The notes beneath the pieces were generated by a model, which was not told the origin of the DNA, did not search any database, and saw only the letters and a program-made list of their open reading frames with translations. This document shows, one piece after another, positions 25,301-40,300 of a stretch of 64,000 bases of DNA. Source of the DNA: Balanoglossus misakiensis. Its lineage: Eukaryota; Animalia; Hemichordata. Made by a program: the position numbers and the translations under genes. Location of the stretch: the NCBI GenBank assembly GCA_040954595.2, contig CM082579.2:4019227-4083226 (forward strand). The letters are read 5' to 3'. Positions within the stretch are counted from its first letter, which is position 1. Each line of letters opens with the position of its first letter.

Positions 25301-28300
25301 CGCTCACAGAGAAACACTTCAATGTAAATGCAAGCAGGCTCTCGTTTCAGAACGCGGCCCAGACTACCGTATCACACTCCCAAGGTGCTTATATCTTGAC
25401 ACCAGCACAATATGTCTCACCTATGCGACTGGCGACTGAAATATGCGACCTTGACTATCATAAAGTGTCCTTAATTTGACATGGCAGTCTGTTCACACAT
25501 AAATTACATCTTTCTTTTCGTCCAACAATAGGGTCGAATATGAGCCAGGTAAAGTTCAAAAGACAATTTATCCAGACGTATTTTCTGCTACAGTTGACAA
25601 GTTGCCCCTGTATGAGTGCATTGTTCACTTCAAGGGCACTTCAATGATATCGGCTGTCCGAGTATGTGCGTTTGAATACTCCTCGTCACGTGCACACAAG
25701 AGTCTTGCCGCCCAGCGAGAAAACCCTGGTAACTGAACTCACCTCAAGGCTGTGTTCCTCTTGCCTTTCCCTGTCCAGCTTTCTGTTCGTGGTCGTGATC
25801 ACACCTGAAAAAGCACCAGAAGAAGGAATCCCATTTTAATAAAATAAGTCAACGGAAACAAAATTGTCAGCATTTAAAGCTCCATCTGTAACTTTTGGCT
25901 ATGTTATTCATAAGATTCAACGTGAGATCATTACAGAACAGGTCACGGTGCGGAGACTGTTGGATTCCTTTCGGAAATCAGGATGAGACGGAACCTGCCA
26001 TTTTCACGCAATTAGCAAGACTCAAACATCTGCTTTCTGTGTTTATTTATGCAAGTTTCCGTCCATTAGCACTTTTCCAAGACTTTGGAAAATAGTAAAA
26101 GCACTCTCACGGGCAACTGGAAATTCTGGAAGTAGTTACAATTGTAACAGACACAGCATTCTAAGACTTTTAAAAAAAGTGACTACATCTGGTTGATCGC
26201 CCACGCTGCACGTTCACTTTTCACAGGATTTTTTCACGCTATGATACAGATTAGCCATTACTGAAAATAAACAGAGCTAATCACTCAGGGAGAGAGAGTG
26301 ACAGGGGAAATAACAGCCATTTCCCACAAGAGTGACCAAGTTTCTTGAAAGGAAAAGTTTCCCAAAAGAAAGGACGACAGCTCTGGGTTAAGTACTGTCT
26401 CCAATTTGTGTGGCGTTTTGTATAGAAGCCCAGACTCCACTCCCCTCGTCCTAAATGCCTGAAAAATCACACACCAATTATCCAAAAGGTAACCCTTCAC
26501 TTACTTCACCGTAACATATTTTACAGAGAGGAGAGCAAGTTGACACAAGCTTGAAACTTTTCATTGTTTTCAAAATTCACTGTTATATTTTTAGACATTG
26601 TTCTGCACCTGATATCAATTTCCCCGCCTGCGGGCAAAATATAGAAGTTACATAACCACGCTGCATGTTGCAAAAAAAATGTATTTATCTTCTTTGCTAT
26701 GCAAATTATGAATTTCTATTTGTATTATGTTGCACTTTCTGCATATAAATCATTTTGGCAAATTTAGTTTTTTTCTCTGTATTTACCTTTGTGATATGGT
26801 TCTGTGGGTTTATCAACATCTGAACACGTCTGTTGACAAAAGCCTGTGGCGGTGTGCTCAACGCTTATTTGAAATGATATACACAAAACGACAGTGAATA
26901 ATTAAATCAAGTTAGTAAATTGGAGGTTCTGATACCACTTTGTCATTCTTAGCTGGCTACTCTCCGTCTCTCGTACCAGCACTGATTAACACAGAGCTTA
27001 CCACGCGCACAAAGGTGGGTTTGTAACATGAAAGGAGCTTTTTATGAAGGTCTGCGTACCACATATTATAAACAAAAAATTCCTGCTGGTTACATTTGTT
27101 GCTTTCCACTGCATGGACACAATGTCACACAATGTTGCGAAGTCGGACAAACTATAAAACACAAACGGGACACAATTTGGGGCCCTCCACCTACAAGGAG
27201 CCTTTTATTCCAGAGTTATCTGATTTATATCGGTGGCAAACACCCCACTTCTGTGATAAATGCCGGACGAGAAGACCTTGATGAACTTAGGAAACCAGTA
27301 AAAATAGCCCTGACATCAATAAATACTTCAAGTACCCAAGACAACATCAAGAACACCAACTCCCGTCTCATTTCCACTGAGAGAGAGACACTCTGCGAAA
27401 TGGACGATATTCTGAAATCTGAACACGATCGACTTTCTGAACTGAAGACCCTGGATATATGCGACTTAATTCTCTCTCCCTCGCGCTGCACAGCTCAGAG
27501 GGTGTTCTTCAAATAGAGATCCGATGTGATGGCAGTGACGTCACACCGCGTGTTGGAACATGTCCATTTCTTTCTCTGTGTACATGCTAAGTACGTGACA
27601 GGGCTTAGCGGGGACACACATGTTATTCTGCGGGGCCACGAAAAGCCAATCTGACACTGCGAGTCTTCCTGTTGGCCTGTTTATTTACATATTATGGTTT
27701 AATGCTGTGTTTCCCCTAAATCTGATCCAACATTGCTACACCCAACAAACTAACTGCCCTTATCAGAAGACAGCCTAGGGTATGGGGCTGTTAGATTTCT
27801 CCCGTATCGTAATTGGACATGTGGTCCCACTGGCTTAAAGTTGAAAGCGCTCCTAGTAGGTGGCCCTTGATCTTGAGATTTCAAAAGCAATATTTTTTTT
27901 AGAACGTTACAGCACATCGCAGATACGGGCGCAAAATCTGACACGTATCACATGTTCGTGTACACAGCAACCGTGAATGGCTGCTTTGCTGCATCCTGGG
28001 TACCCCCGAAAAAACGTACATCTGATACGACGCCTATTAACACAATCAAAGTCAGACTTCATGCTTTTTTTTTATCGCGTCTCCAATTCACAAAGACCCA
28101 ACGCCACCGACATCCGACCCATTGCTACGACAATATCCTCCGACACGAGATATGCATCATTTACACTCCGAGACCGAGCGGAAAGTTCTTAATATCGTAT
28201 TCTCTCATGAATTGTGTCATCCTATATACCATCTCATGAATTATACCTGCCAGTAAATCGCAAAGCCAGCGCAATTCGTCATCTGGAAGTCTGAAATCAC

Positions 28301-31300
28301 GGCGGAAATGGCAGCACCAACACAATAACGACTCGCTTTTGTCAGTTGAGATCTCAACAAAAATCGACAGTCTTTCTCCGGCGCACAAAGCAATGAACAT
28401 AATACATCAAAAGTACACTTTCCATTTTATCTCTCGAACAGAAATTCAATTTTCACACGGACACCTTTCACAAACTGATATCGATAGCATCGGCTATTAA
28501 TTTATGTGCATTTAGTGCTGATTTTTTTTTCATTCTAATTCAATAAATCAGCAAAAGAGGGGCTATCACATTCGGTTTCATTTCACAAGATCGATGAAGT
28601 TGTCCCTTTACACTAAACTGCAGCAAACACGCCATGTGAATTTTCACAAATTCCTTTTGGGTGACCCCTACCACTTAGCGGTTATCACTCCAAAAGCAAT
28701 TTCTATTTCAGCAAATCTTCAAACTTCGTTTGAAAGCATCCCACCCTATCAGAACTCCCAAGGACCCGGTCACCGCCACAGCACACAAGCCGCCCTTGTT
28801 TCTAATTTCAAATCACGACAGGCCGAATCTCTGGGAATGTTGACTGATACTTCGCAAATGTTTTCCCTTTTATTTTGTTACGTGATGCCACAAAGGCCTT
28901 TTTTTGTTTTCATTCATTCTGATAACACACACAGGGGCTCACACGCTAGTCCATCAAACGTCCCATTGTGCGATGTTTTCACAGTCGTTAGTGATAATTT
29001 TCTGGGCATTTTATATTTCATGTGAACCATACTGCTTTTTGCGCAAGTCGTCAACAATTACACCGGTGTTCCTCATGTGGTCAGTGTCCGCTCGTGAGAT
29101 TATGAACTCATTTTCTTGGCACAGAATCCTGATTTCTGGCTCGCTATCACCTCCTGTCGCAGTGTACCGCCAAGTCTGGCCGTACGTTTGATGGATGACG
29201 ATACAATGAAATAAACCTGAATCACATGTTAGCTTTGTGCCTATCATCCCAATCATTGCTGACATCAGCGGGCAGACACACGGCATCAAAGGGGTCTTTG
29301 TGAGGTGCAATTTGGCATTCTACCAGAACTGGTTATGACTTCAGCTGTTCTGTATACATGTACATACATTTCAGAGTTCACCGTGTTTCATGGGCTGACA
29401 GACCGACAGACAGACAGACATTTACTGCATCACGCACTTACTGTAACTCACCAAGAAAAAAAAAACTTTCTTATATTTTAGTGCATGTGCTGGGGATGGG
29501 TTTTTTCTGAATAAAAGTTAGTTTGGATGGGGAAATCATTTAGCCACTGCCAACAGGATTTAATCTCATCAACTAAAACGTGGGAAAGTCTCCCTAATAG
29601 GTGTAATTGAATCCGGAAATTATCAGCCCTTAACTGATCTGTTGTTTTTTTATCAAAATGTGGGACAATTTATTTAGAAGATAAATTGCTAGGGTTTATT
29701 TTGACGTGAGCCAATTCTGATCTGAAGATGAAATGCTTTACCGACATCTTCCTCTACAGTCTCTCAAATCTAGAACTATCATTAAAATGGAGGAGAGTAG
29801 CTACGGGGGAAAAGTCTAAATCTGCAACTAATCTCCGGTGCTGAGTTCTATTTACTCCCACTCTCATCCAGAGAGATCTTTCAAGTATCTTGTCTACAGA
29901 TGTGAGATAGATCAGAGGCAGACATGGCTTGGGTTAATGTGTACATTTTCGGTATCTTTCTAATCACGAAACTTAGATTGCGCACAGCACCTGAACTTTA
30001 CTCCGTAAGGCTTATTGGGGTGACGTAAAATAAAAGGGTACCGCTCTACCAAGGAATGGCAAACTGCGCGTAGGCGTTGGACCTCAACATAACCTTTCTG
30101 TAAATTTCGCCGCCACTGCAAGTGATTCCAATCAATCAATCCATCAATGACACAACGCTGGTATCTTTCGTTTGATTTAGCGACGGTTCAATTATTCACC
30201 AGGCACCTCACACGACATGCAAGCCTGTGACAGGTACATAGAGGAGGGAAGCTAGTTTCCCCTCATTATCTGATTCTGCTCACGCCATAAACTATAAAGA
30301 CTGCAGGCAGCAAATATTACACATACTAAATCAAAATTTAACAATAAACTGAGAAATGGAACTTGATAAGCTGCAGGGAGAAGAACAGTGATGTATTGGG
30401 AATATATTTCAGTAGAGGCTGAATGGATGGGAGCAACTTGCCCACATCTATCTTGATTTTCGCATTTCAGTTTTCTGTATCAACTCAATTTTCTGTGTCC
30501 TACTTCCTCAGTGTGCCAAAATGCCCAGTATTCACCTTGTCAACATCGCCTGTATTATGAGTGCAACAACAGCTGTTAGTTATGACGAATAAATTTAATT
30601 CAGGACTCAAATTCAAATGTCAACAATAACAAGGCTGACTGTACGTTAAATAAAACCAAATGCTGGCCACCTCATCATGCTTGAGGGAATTCACCAAGAA
30701 ACTGCACCTGGCATGGACAATAAATACTGGACAAAAAAAGCCAAAAATTACTGCTAATGAACCTTTAAAATTAAACGACTATAAAGTTCTTTATTTTACA
30801 GCCTCGTCACTTTTATAGACTTGATTACAACATCCCACGGGATTCCAAACACTGCCTGTCATCCATTGCATGGCAGTGAGACAGATCTGAATCTGCCCCA
30901 CTTTACGTAAACCTCAATAGCTTGGCGAGATTACGATTACTGCCTACAACACTATTTCATCATTTTGTGACCTCTGATAGCCTGGCCGCTTAATAAATCT
31001 GCTAAGCCAACTACACAATCACGTGGTTATAGACTCTGATAGCCAACACATCCTGTGCGTCAAAGCTTTTTTTTTTATCTCCGTGGAGCATCTCTGTCTG
31101 TGATATCAGTTCAGCATGTCCCACTAGAGTGCATTGGGTCATTGGTTAGGCCGTATCAGGTGAATTGAAAGACTTCAAACATTATGATTTGTGTTGTCCC
31201 TTTTGGAGTGTTCTATTTCTTTATAAATACGAAATGTGGGCCGATACGAGGGTTTATACAGGCTACCTGATATCTGAAAGCTGTGGGGTTGAAATTTATT

Positions 31301-34300
31301 CAAAACCAGGACAATGAAAAAGGGGAAGCCATACCACACAAATTGGACAGGCTCAGGTAGCTTATGGCCATGTGCTTCATTTTAATTACAAAAAAATTCA
31401 CAGGACAAAACTTTGGTGGTTTTTGGGGTAAAATTGAAAATACACCAGCAGCTCAAAAATCTGATGTGTGTAAAGTGGTCAGTGCAAGCAGGTTACTGGT
31501 TGGTGTCTGGGGCTGAGGAGAGTGCACATTTTGAAATCACGTTCCAGCTCTTGACGGGCTTGACGGATATCACAAGAAACACATTTCCTGTATTGATCCA
31601 ACACAAATTATCAGGCAATGATCCTTACCATAATGACACATTACGATAAGTCTGCCACTGCCCCCGTCTGAAATAATCTGATATACGAGACCCAGATCTC
31701 TCCTTGATAAAAAAAAGGTTAACCCCTCAGCCAGTGTCCCCTACCATCACGACCGTCAAGTGGTCGAGTGTTCTCAGCCCCGCCGTGTGATGACGACCGC
31801 CAACCCCATACACACAATTATCGGCCCCGATAAGATACGGGGGATTTCAAACACCTACCTGTGTCTTGATCGATCTGGAAGAACCCTTGCGGGTTACCGC
31901 TGCTGATTCGGTAGGTCAGCCGCTGGTTGCTGCTGGTGTCCGGGTCGCTGGCCTGGATGGTGACCACTGTGATTCCGGCCGGACTGTGCTCCATGACCGA
32001 CGGGTAGTAGACGGGCTCCGTGGTCTGCGGGGCGTTGTCGTTCACGTCCAGCACGTCGATCAAGATGTCGATGTACGAATGCAGCGGCACGGCGCCGCGG
32101 TCCTGTGCGTACACGGTCAGCCAGTACCGCTCTTGGGTCTCCCGGTCCAACTTTTCAACTGTGCGAATCGTTCCTGCAAAAGTGATGATAAAAAAATAAA
32201 AACGTTTAAAATAATTGGAATGTTAATATTTTTCCCCTTGAATGCAAAGGCCTGGAAGAGTGCTTGCCATGGGAAAAATCTCCCTATATCAATCTTATTT
32301 TATAACGTGTCCTGTACTTAGTACTTCCTGTATTACTTTGATGACTGGTAATCCAATATTTGATGTGCATCAACACATGCTAATAGCTAGGTATAGCAAC
32401 TGACTGTTCAACTTTTTTTACACAGCAAAACCACTTCTCTTTAATGACCACATAAAAATTCATTTTTAATTCATTTTTTGAGAAATTCTCTCCGCTTCTG
32501 AGGGGCTTCTGTGTTCAGAGTTATTCTGCCCTGTGTATATTTTTATCCCATTATGCAAGTACGGACTGTTCTAAAATTAACCTCTTATCGGTCACACCCA
32601 TGTATGCATTGGCGTTTTGAGTGACATCCATTTTCAATTTCACCCACAGGCACACAAAATTGGATAAGTTATACGCAGACCCCTGATGTGACTATTACTC
32701 TGCCATCTTTCTTACGCAGTAGGACAACAAGATATAACCGTGGGGTTGGAAAAGTTCAGCACAGTGCACTGTTAAAATGGATGGCCAAGCCACAGAGATT
32801 TCTCTTGCAAGGCTTCAATATTTACGTGCAAATGAGTTGATACCTGCATAAATGCCAATTACATGCAAATATGAAAAACTATTTTGAAACACCAGGTAAC
32901 TGCGGGTGAGAAGAACTGGGTTGTGATGAGCTCATGACCTTTTTCCGTATACAAATTTGAAAAGATTGCACAAACACAGCTTTTGAAACACAACACACCC
33001 TGGTGATACAGCCACCTTCATTTTTCATCGGTAACATCTTTCATGTCTATATTACATTTCAGATCCATCATGTTAAATTTTTAATTGAGTGAAGTCGGAA
33101 AGCCAGCAAAGCCGATTCAATAAATAAATATATTATTTATGAGTTACTAATTGGCAGACATAACCAAATATTTATCATAGCCAATTCTGTCACATATTGT
33201 GAGGTCTTTTCTCTGCGTAATGATGAATTCACTCACAATTCACAGGAGACACCTCAAGCAAAATATACTGTAAAGTAAAGATTCAAATGAACTAATTTTC
33301 TTGTTTCTCTGTTCTGAAAATTTCCTCTTACAAGATAACTGTCACTGATAAGAAGCTACAAATCTGAGATGAGAATTAATGTTATTGTTGAATTGAATTG
33401 TGTAAAGCTACCATTTGACAAAGTGGGGAAGTGATAATGAGGCAACGGGGCTTAGTGACAAGCAGGAATTTAAGACCATTGTCTTACGAGAGATAGTTTC
33501 TGCTCCAGTGACTTCAGTAGATGTGACTTGTGAGGCAAAAGGGGTCCGTAATCCTCAGCTGATCGCGGTGTCTTTCAAGTTACCGGCTTATGCAGATTGC
33601 AGTGAAAACAATTCATTCTCCCCTCCCCCCTCAAAATGCCATCACATCACTTTTATTTGTAATCAAGCTCTGTTCACCCAAACTATACAAAGACAGAACA
33701 GGTGATGTTTTTCATAAATTTCAACATTTAAAACATGGTTTGGATTATGTATACGTTTGTGTGCAGCGTTTAAAACATGCACTGATCTGGTTAACGAGTG
33801 AAAAATACGTTGAAATGGAGATGCAAATTGACAGTGGCACACTGTTGATTATATCGCGGTATTATTTCCCGGCATCAGATATCTGAAAAGAACCCATTGA
33901 TGTACAGTCGATGCGAGGCTTTGCCGTGACCCTGCCAATGGCGAGGTGTACGCCAGCCAAATTTAATCTCGATCCAAGTAGAAAATTCACGACCACGTTT
34001 TTGTTGTGGAATCTGACGTGACAAAAGACCGACAGTGTCCTGTCGCATGTTTTGGCAGACACGTTCATCCATTACACAACACTCTGTCCCTCAAAGACAA
34101 TGGCGGGCTCATTAATATTTCATTTGTTTATCAGCCTCGGACAAAAGGGACCTCTATACCGTGGGATTTTGAACTGTCAATACAATTTCAGTATCACACC
34201 CAAGGAGCCCATTCAGTACATAAAAACCTTGGCTGATCTTGTGTGTGTGTGTGTGCGGTTCGGAATGCATTCATGGCTTGCTCTGGCTCAAGTGCTTTTT

Positions 34301-37300
34301 TTCTCTTTCCACATCAATTACACTGTTAACAGTTGGCCCGGCACTTGGTCAAATGCACTTTCTGCAAAACAAACCCTCCAGTTTCCAAAAACATTTCTGT
34401 TGTACATCTACAAGGCAATTTCACTGCGGTAAAACGGCGGACATTCCTCACCAACTTTGTGAAGTAAGCAAAGTGTAAAAAAACGGACTATTAAGTAAAA
34501 ACACATGGGACTTTGGTGCCATCTAATGGGTGCCCACAATCCTGAAGCGTTAAATAAAGCAGAAAATTGCATTATGCGTCAGGTATACCCTTGAACTTCA
34601 AAACCCAGAAGCAAATCTGGGGAGCTTCAAAAGAAAATCCATATCCCCGAGTGAACTTTTAACTTATGGCTCCAACAACAATGTTACGCTGCTCACAACC
34701 CTTTCACCATCTAACAATACTCCTAATGTTTTCAACGATATCGTTGGGTCCAAATACAGGAAAACGAGGGTGATAGGTTTAAAGTGTTAAAGAACTCAAA
34801 ATCTTTGCCCTTTAGTGGTACAAAAATGAAACTGAATTGCATGAAACTAGGGCAATTCCGTGTGATCTACTAGCAATGCTGAAATTGGACAGGACGCTCG
34901 TAAAAGCAGTGTGTGAGGCAGCAGGTAACCCAGGCTTTCATGGGAGAATTCTCACCTACTTTTTTCCCTCGCTTTTTATTATACCCCAGGAATGACAGGT
35001 TTGTGGAAGCACACACTGACAGTACTGTCTCTGTTCTATACATTTTTAAGAGGTGAAGAATTCATTGAGGAATGGGCGGTGATTAGTGTTAACTGTCTTG
35101 ACCTACTGTCAACAAAAGCTGAGAGAGGTACCGTGGTAACTTGGCTATCTCTCATCTGCAGGCCCAGATCTGTGGCGACATGTACCTGACCGAGGAGAGG
35201 TGTGAACATTCTTTTAGCTCCGAGTAAAATTTCTGGATTTGGCTTATTCACCACAGGTGGTTTTCTCGCCAAAGTACAAATTCAAAACCTGCCAAAAGTG
35301 AATTCCATCTATGCTGATAACCTGTCTATACACGGCACTCTTCCCGGTCAACTGAAATAAAAAAAAAACCTGTCTAGACTGGCCATCTGAAGTGGAACAC
35401 TCATCCCAAGTCGTCTTTACCCCCAAAACAAAATCTCGACAGAACCCAATATACACAAAATTTCTCAACAAATCAAACTGTTTTCTCAGTCCCTTTTAGT
35501 GACTGCTTTAAGACAAGGTTTTACCGAGAACCGAACTGCTTGTCCATTCAGATACGCTCTTACACTTGAAGAAACCTAACACACTTGTGTGATCTCATCT
35601 GTTATACATCTACAATACACAGGATGTACTCACAAAGTACAACCACTGCGTCCAACTCAACATGGCTCTTTGCACGTCCAACTTACTTTTTTTTTATCTT
35701 AAAAGTTACTCTGCCCATTGTTCAAACATCCATATAATATATTTCTATGGCACGGTACACGTCATAAACCCAGGTATGAAAAACATCAAAGGGCTGGTTT
35801 TTCTCTTCCACTCCATGACTAATGATTGTATGGGGGAAGAGATTTTGACGCTAGACAATGGCCGCTTTTCCTGTGTCCACTCGCGATCAAACTCTTTTGA
35901 CGGCAATGAAAGGAAGGGAGCGGACTGTTTTGTGCGGTCTCAATGGCGGGGGCACACGCCTTTACCTGACAAATTCTGAATAAAAAATATATATAAAAGG
36001 GACGCATTGTTTGAAACAAGGTCGGCCAGGGACTTGTGAAGTTATCTTTCAACTGAGAGTGCACACAAGTAAAGTTGAACCCCCATACCACATAAAAAAA
36101 AACCTCAATCAAGATCTGAGGAAAACACATTTTGTCAGGTGAATATAATTCGACCTCAAAATGGCCGCCCGGCAGAGACCGTAATGAAGTGTTTGTATTT
36201 CTCTCTCTGCATCAACATGAAATCTCTCATGATCAGTGTTCTAATTTGACCGGTCAGTGGTCCCCACCATTCTCCCTGGGCTAAGGCCAACCCCGCCATG
36301 TAACAACATGGGCTTTTCCTGTGTCAATACACTCTAATCAATTGCTGTCAATTATCCACTTATTAGCACATGTTTGAATTTCAACCCATTGGGACAACCC
36401 CCAACCACAAACAAAAACAAAGCCCCCCTCTAGCAGATGACCAGAACTATGCCAGACCTGCCTAAAAAACTATGGCTTCTTCACCAAATGTTATTTGTAG
36501 GTGCCCTTTTCTCACGCTTATTTTGATGTCATGATAATATATCCGACACTGTACGTGTCGGTCTGCATCAGCCCGATGAGTCTCACCAGAGCCTCGTCTT
36601 TAGAATTCTATCATGTGCTTCATCTCACGTACATGTACTGAGAACTTTAATAATATTGACTTAAGTTTTGTAAACTCTGGAAGTCTCTATGCCTGGGAAA
36701 GGGCTTCATTTTTTTAAATATACCACTAACTTGTCACCCGGGTGTTCAAACTGCAGTTAGAACGGTGAAAAGTACAAATCCACACAGAGTCAGGTCAAGG
36801 TGTGTACACTTTACTGATAATGATATTATCCATTCTCAGGGTCAGTCAAGATAAACATTCCTTCAACTTTAGAACATTGAACTGATATTTAAAAAATAAG
36901 CCGTACGACAGACGAATTCGATCGGTGCTATGAAACCATAGCTAGATATGGATTGAGACTATTTAGGATTGATGCGGGATACGAGTATGATTATTTTAGT
37001 TAAAACATACTGGGGCCTATCGACTAACAAACATGCAAAGCTGATGAGAGAAAAATCTAAAACTGATCGCAGTGAAAGTTGTGGCTGCAGTTAGATTAGA
37101 ATGAGTAACAAGCTTACGTATTCCCATTTCAAATTTACATTCCTATCACCCCCCTCAAACGCTTGTGAAGTAGGGCATTCCAATTTTAATCGACCATAAC
37201 ACTGGGCAATACCACAGGGAACCAGGGAGGTGAGCAGGTTAGCTTACTTTCTCACTAGCATGATCTGAAAGAGAGCTCAATAAAAATGCTACATACACAA

Positions 37301-40300
37301 CAGAGTCAACGCTCTGTTCTAGGATTACATTTGGAGACACGAATCTCACTATTGATTAAACTACCCTGGATCAAACTGACATCAGAGAATTCATCAATTT
37401 TTAAAATGGTTCTTATCTCTTTCAATGCGAATTTTACAGAAAAGTTTAATGATTGATCACTTTTCAGTTCACGGATTAGATTCAATTCGTTGATTTGGAA
37501 AGTTCAGAAGTTGCTAGACACACAGAAGTGGAAAAAATTACTTTTTTGAAATTGTACACCCAAGAATTTCACAATGTTCATTTCAGAAATGAAACATACA
37601 TTTAGCTGCACATCAAATTCCTTGAAGTTTACCAGACTGAGTAATTTTAAATTTGTAACACAAATTCACAGAACAGGGTTAGGTTTTACAATAATAACCA
37701 GTAAACAGGCATTCAATTTTCCCACAATGCGGGCCGCTAAAAATACAACAGAGACATAACATGAAATTTAAGCACAAGGAATTATCAAGTACCCCAACTG
37801 ACAGAGCAGTGAGCCCCGCAACGAGATGAGTCACGCCACAGAAATACCCAGCAAAGCAACTATCAGATTCAGAATGACCACTTCTTATCTGCGAAAAAAA
37901 GATAATAAAAGTTGTGCCGGCTGTCATCCAAGTTTACTAACTCCTATCACTTAATGTTGTTACTGATTGAAACCAGGATACACATATACATCCGAGCTAG
38001 ACAACGCTCTGATGGAATGTGTATCTGGTATGGGGGACAAGCCTCTATTTTGATAGGGTCTGCGCTGTCAACCTAATAAAAGAGTCATTTCGAAAACAGG
38101 CGCATATGGGAAGGTCAATTCCCTTGGGTGAGTTATCTCCCACCAGGGTCAGGTCACATACTGTAGTCAATCACCAAATTAATTACGCTATGTTGTTCAA
38201 ACAACTTCAATGATTGTTGGCACAGACTTGGTACACACAGACTTAAACAAAAATCGACCTTTACAATTACGGAAAAAATGGGGGACCACACACCCCATCT
38301 GGATTTCAAATTACATTGAATTTGAGAGGTAGTTGTCAGTAACCTTGAGTTCACCTTGTGCACAAAAAGAAGCGGTGTGACTGTTTAACCCTAAAAGGGA
38401 GACGGGACAACAAGTTCCACAAAAACAGGAGAGTTCAACTCAAACAGCCAGAAACAATGGATGTACGTGTATTTCCAAAATGTCACATGTGGCCAATTTT
38501 GCCAAACAGAATGAGTGAACGACCCCAACAAGCTCCATGTCTTTAATACTTGGACTATTCATCTAATTACATTTCAGATTTCAGAAACACCTTCGGTGCC
38601 TCTGACTTCTGAGCTTGACGTCACCACTCCTTACACCAATATACAATCTGCATAATAAAAAAACTTTGCTCTGAGCACTCTCTGAGCTGGGGGGAGAAAT
38701 TCTTGAGCGGTGCCCGACATATGACTGAGTACGCACGTAACACGAGTTCACAACGCGTAGGAAACGGGCGTGAATCTCCAGCAGATGGTCGGGTCGGCAC
38801 AAGACAGAGTCCTGACCCTTCGCTTCTCGTGTCACAATATGCAATTATTATCCAACTGCTAGGAATTATTTGCCCCTGTCAGGAACACTTAACCAGTCTG
38901 ACTTCTTGGCCAGACCCCGGGTCCAGTTGCCATTTGCTCTCCTTTGGGGTTTGGGAAAATAGAGAGAGAGCGGAAAAAACATAATTAATTTATTCCGCCT
39001 TGCTAGCATTTTGCCATTCGCCGCCAACAACAAACATATATTGTTGTACGTCCGTTTCAGATGCCTCAGTACTGTACATGTGGCTTTTTCTTACTGATGG
39101 ACGAGTCCATATTTCACAAAGAAAGCTTCAAATTGAGTTTCGTGCACAATTTATTTTGCAATTATTCTCTCAAAATTCAAGTCGACAAAGCAAAATTGGC
39201 TCGTTAGGACCCTTTGACTGCAATTATCATAATTAGACTTGCTAATGAAATCATAAATTATTGTCATGTAACATACAATGAAATTGAATTTCATGAGTTC
39301 ATGAGTTCCAATATGAGTACATGTTTTCAGTATTCTGACCATCTCCTTAAAACACCCTTTACAACATCATAAATCTTCTTTTCTGAAGTCTACGTTAAGA
39401 GGGTGGCATGACCACAGAAAGCATAAAACCTGACGAGACACAAGTACCAGAAAATTAAACTGATAATGAAATTGGTCTAAAGAGAGAAAAAAATAGTCTA
39501 ACTGTAAGAAACAGCTGCATTTTATTTCACCATTTGTCATATGCACAATGATTCAGGTCACACAAAACAATGAGCTGTTCTGATGAATTCAAGAAAATGA
39601 AATAGCATGCCAGTGAAATATACATGTACACGTAGAAGTCAACACTAGCACTTGGCAGGACACAGCTAAGAAACACCAGTAATTATCCCGAACAGCAAAA
39701 CTGTGTAAAAACAAAAACCGGTTTGCTTCATGGCAAGCGGCGAGTGCATTTCTCTATATCAATAATCCCCCAACAGACCGAATCCATGTATTAAATATCG
39801 TAACGCACGTCATCCAGTAGACATGTTGAAATGTAACGGGCCATGAATACATCTTAAAACTTATCAGGCATGACCACTATGCACCAACAGAAAATCATAT
39901 GAAGTGAAGCGGAGCTTTTCCCATAATACAGCTTCCTTCCTCTTATAAGTTCCATTGAAAGCATTAAAAAATAGTCGTACAAGTTTTCACAGCTCTCTGC
40001 TCTACTGATCCAGTGATTCCAATCCAAACAAATGCATTTCTTTCTTATAATGATCTCTCATAGCCTGAATAAATGAAAATCCCATTCATTATGTCTGTCA
40101 GATTTGAACATTCATGTCTAAGCTTTTGGTGCGTTTTCACCATTTTTTCTGTATCCCATTACTCTTTAAAGTTACCTGGGAACTCTAAAGTACCCATTTC
40201 CACAATGTTATAGTTCAACAATCAAGCTGACATTTACTTTGAATCAATCAATGAAGCCTTATTACCTAGCAAATACCAATTAAGTTAATTAACACTGGAA

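Noticed and set aside
27028-27516. 162-aa intronic plus-strand ORF
   Set aside because: No recognisable domain or transposase/RT motif; composition looks non-coding.
29011-29310. Minus-strand ORF with faint cadherin-like words (TATGGDS, VIVDDL), considered as a mutually exclusive exon
   Set aside because: It has no DxNDN/LDRE spacing and no fitting splice sites, and the Fat reading frame is complete without it.
31145-31385. Possible SINE remnant (also a tRNA-like ggttcaatcc at about 56230)
   Set aside because: There is no intact A/B box pair or second copy in the window; it needs a Dfam search.
34516-34530. CTCF-like CCATTAGATGGCAC (minus) and similar words at about 38778, 46796 and 51869
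   Set aside because: These are partial matches only and cannot be scored without a PWM scan or ChIP data.
35322-35351. 30-nt pseudo-exon reading VDREECRV-stop
   Set aside because: It has an in-frame stop, a weak gttatc donor and no supporting regulatory context.
35961-35990. AG|GTAAAG possible recursive splice site
   Set aside because: Such motifs are frequent by chance, and a 10-kb intron does not call for recursive splicing.
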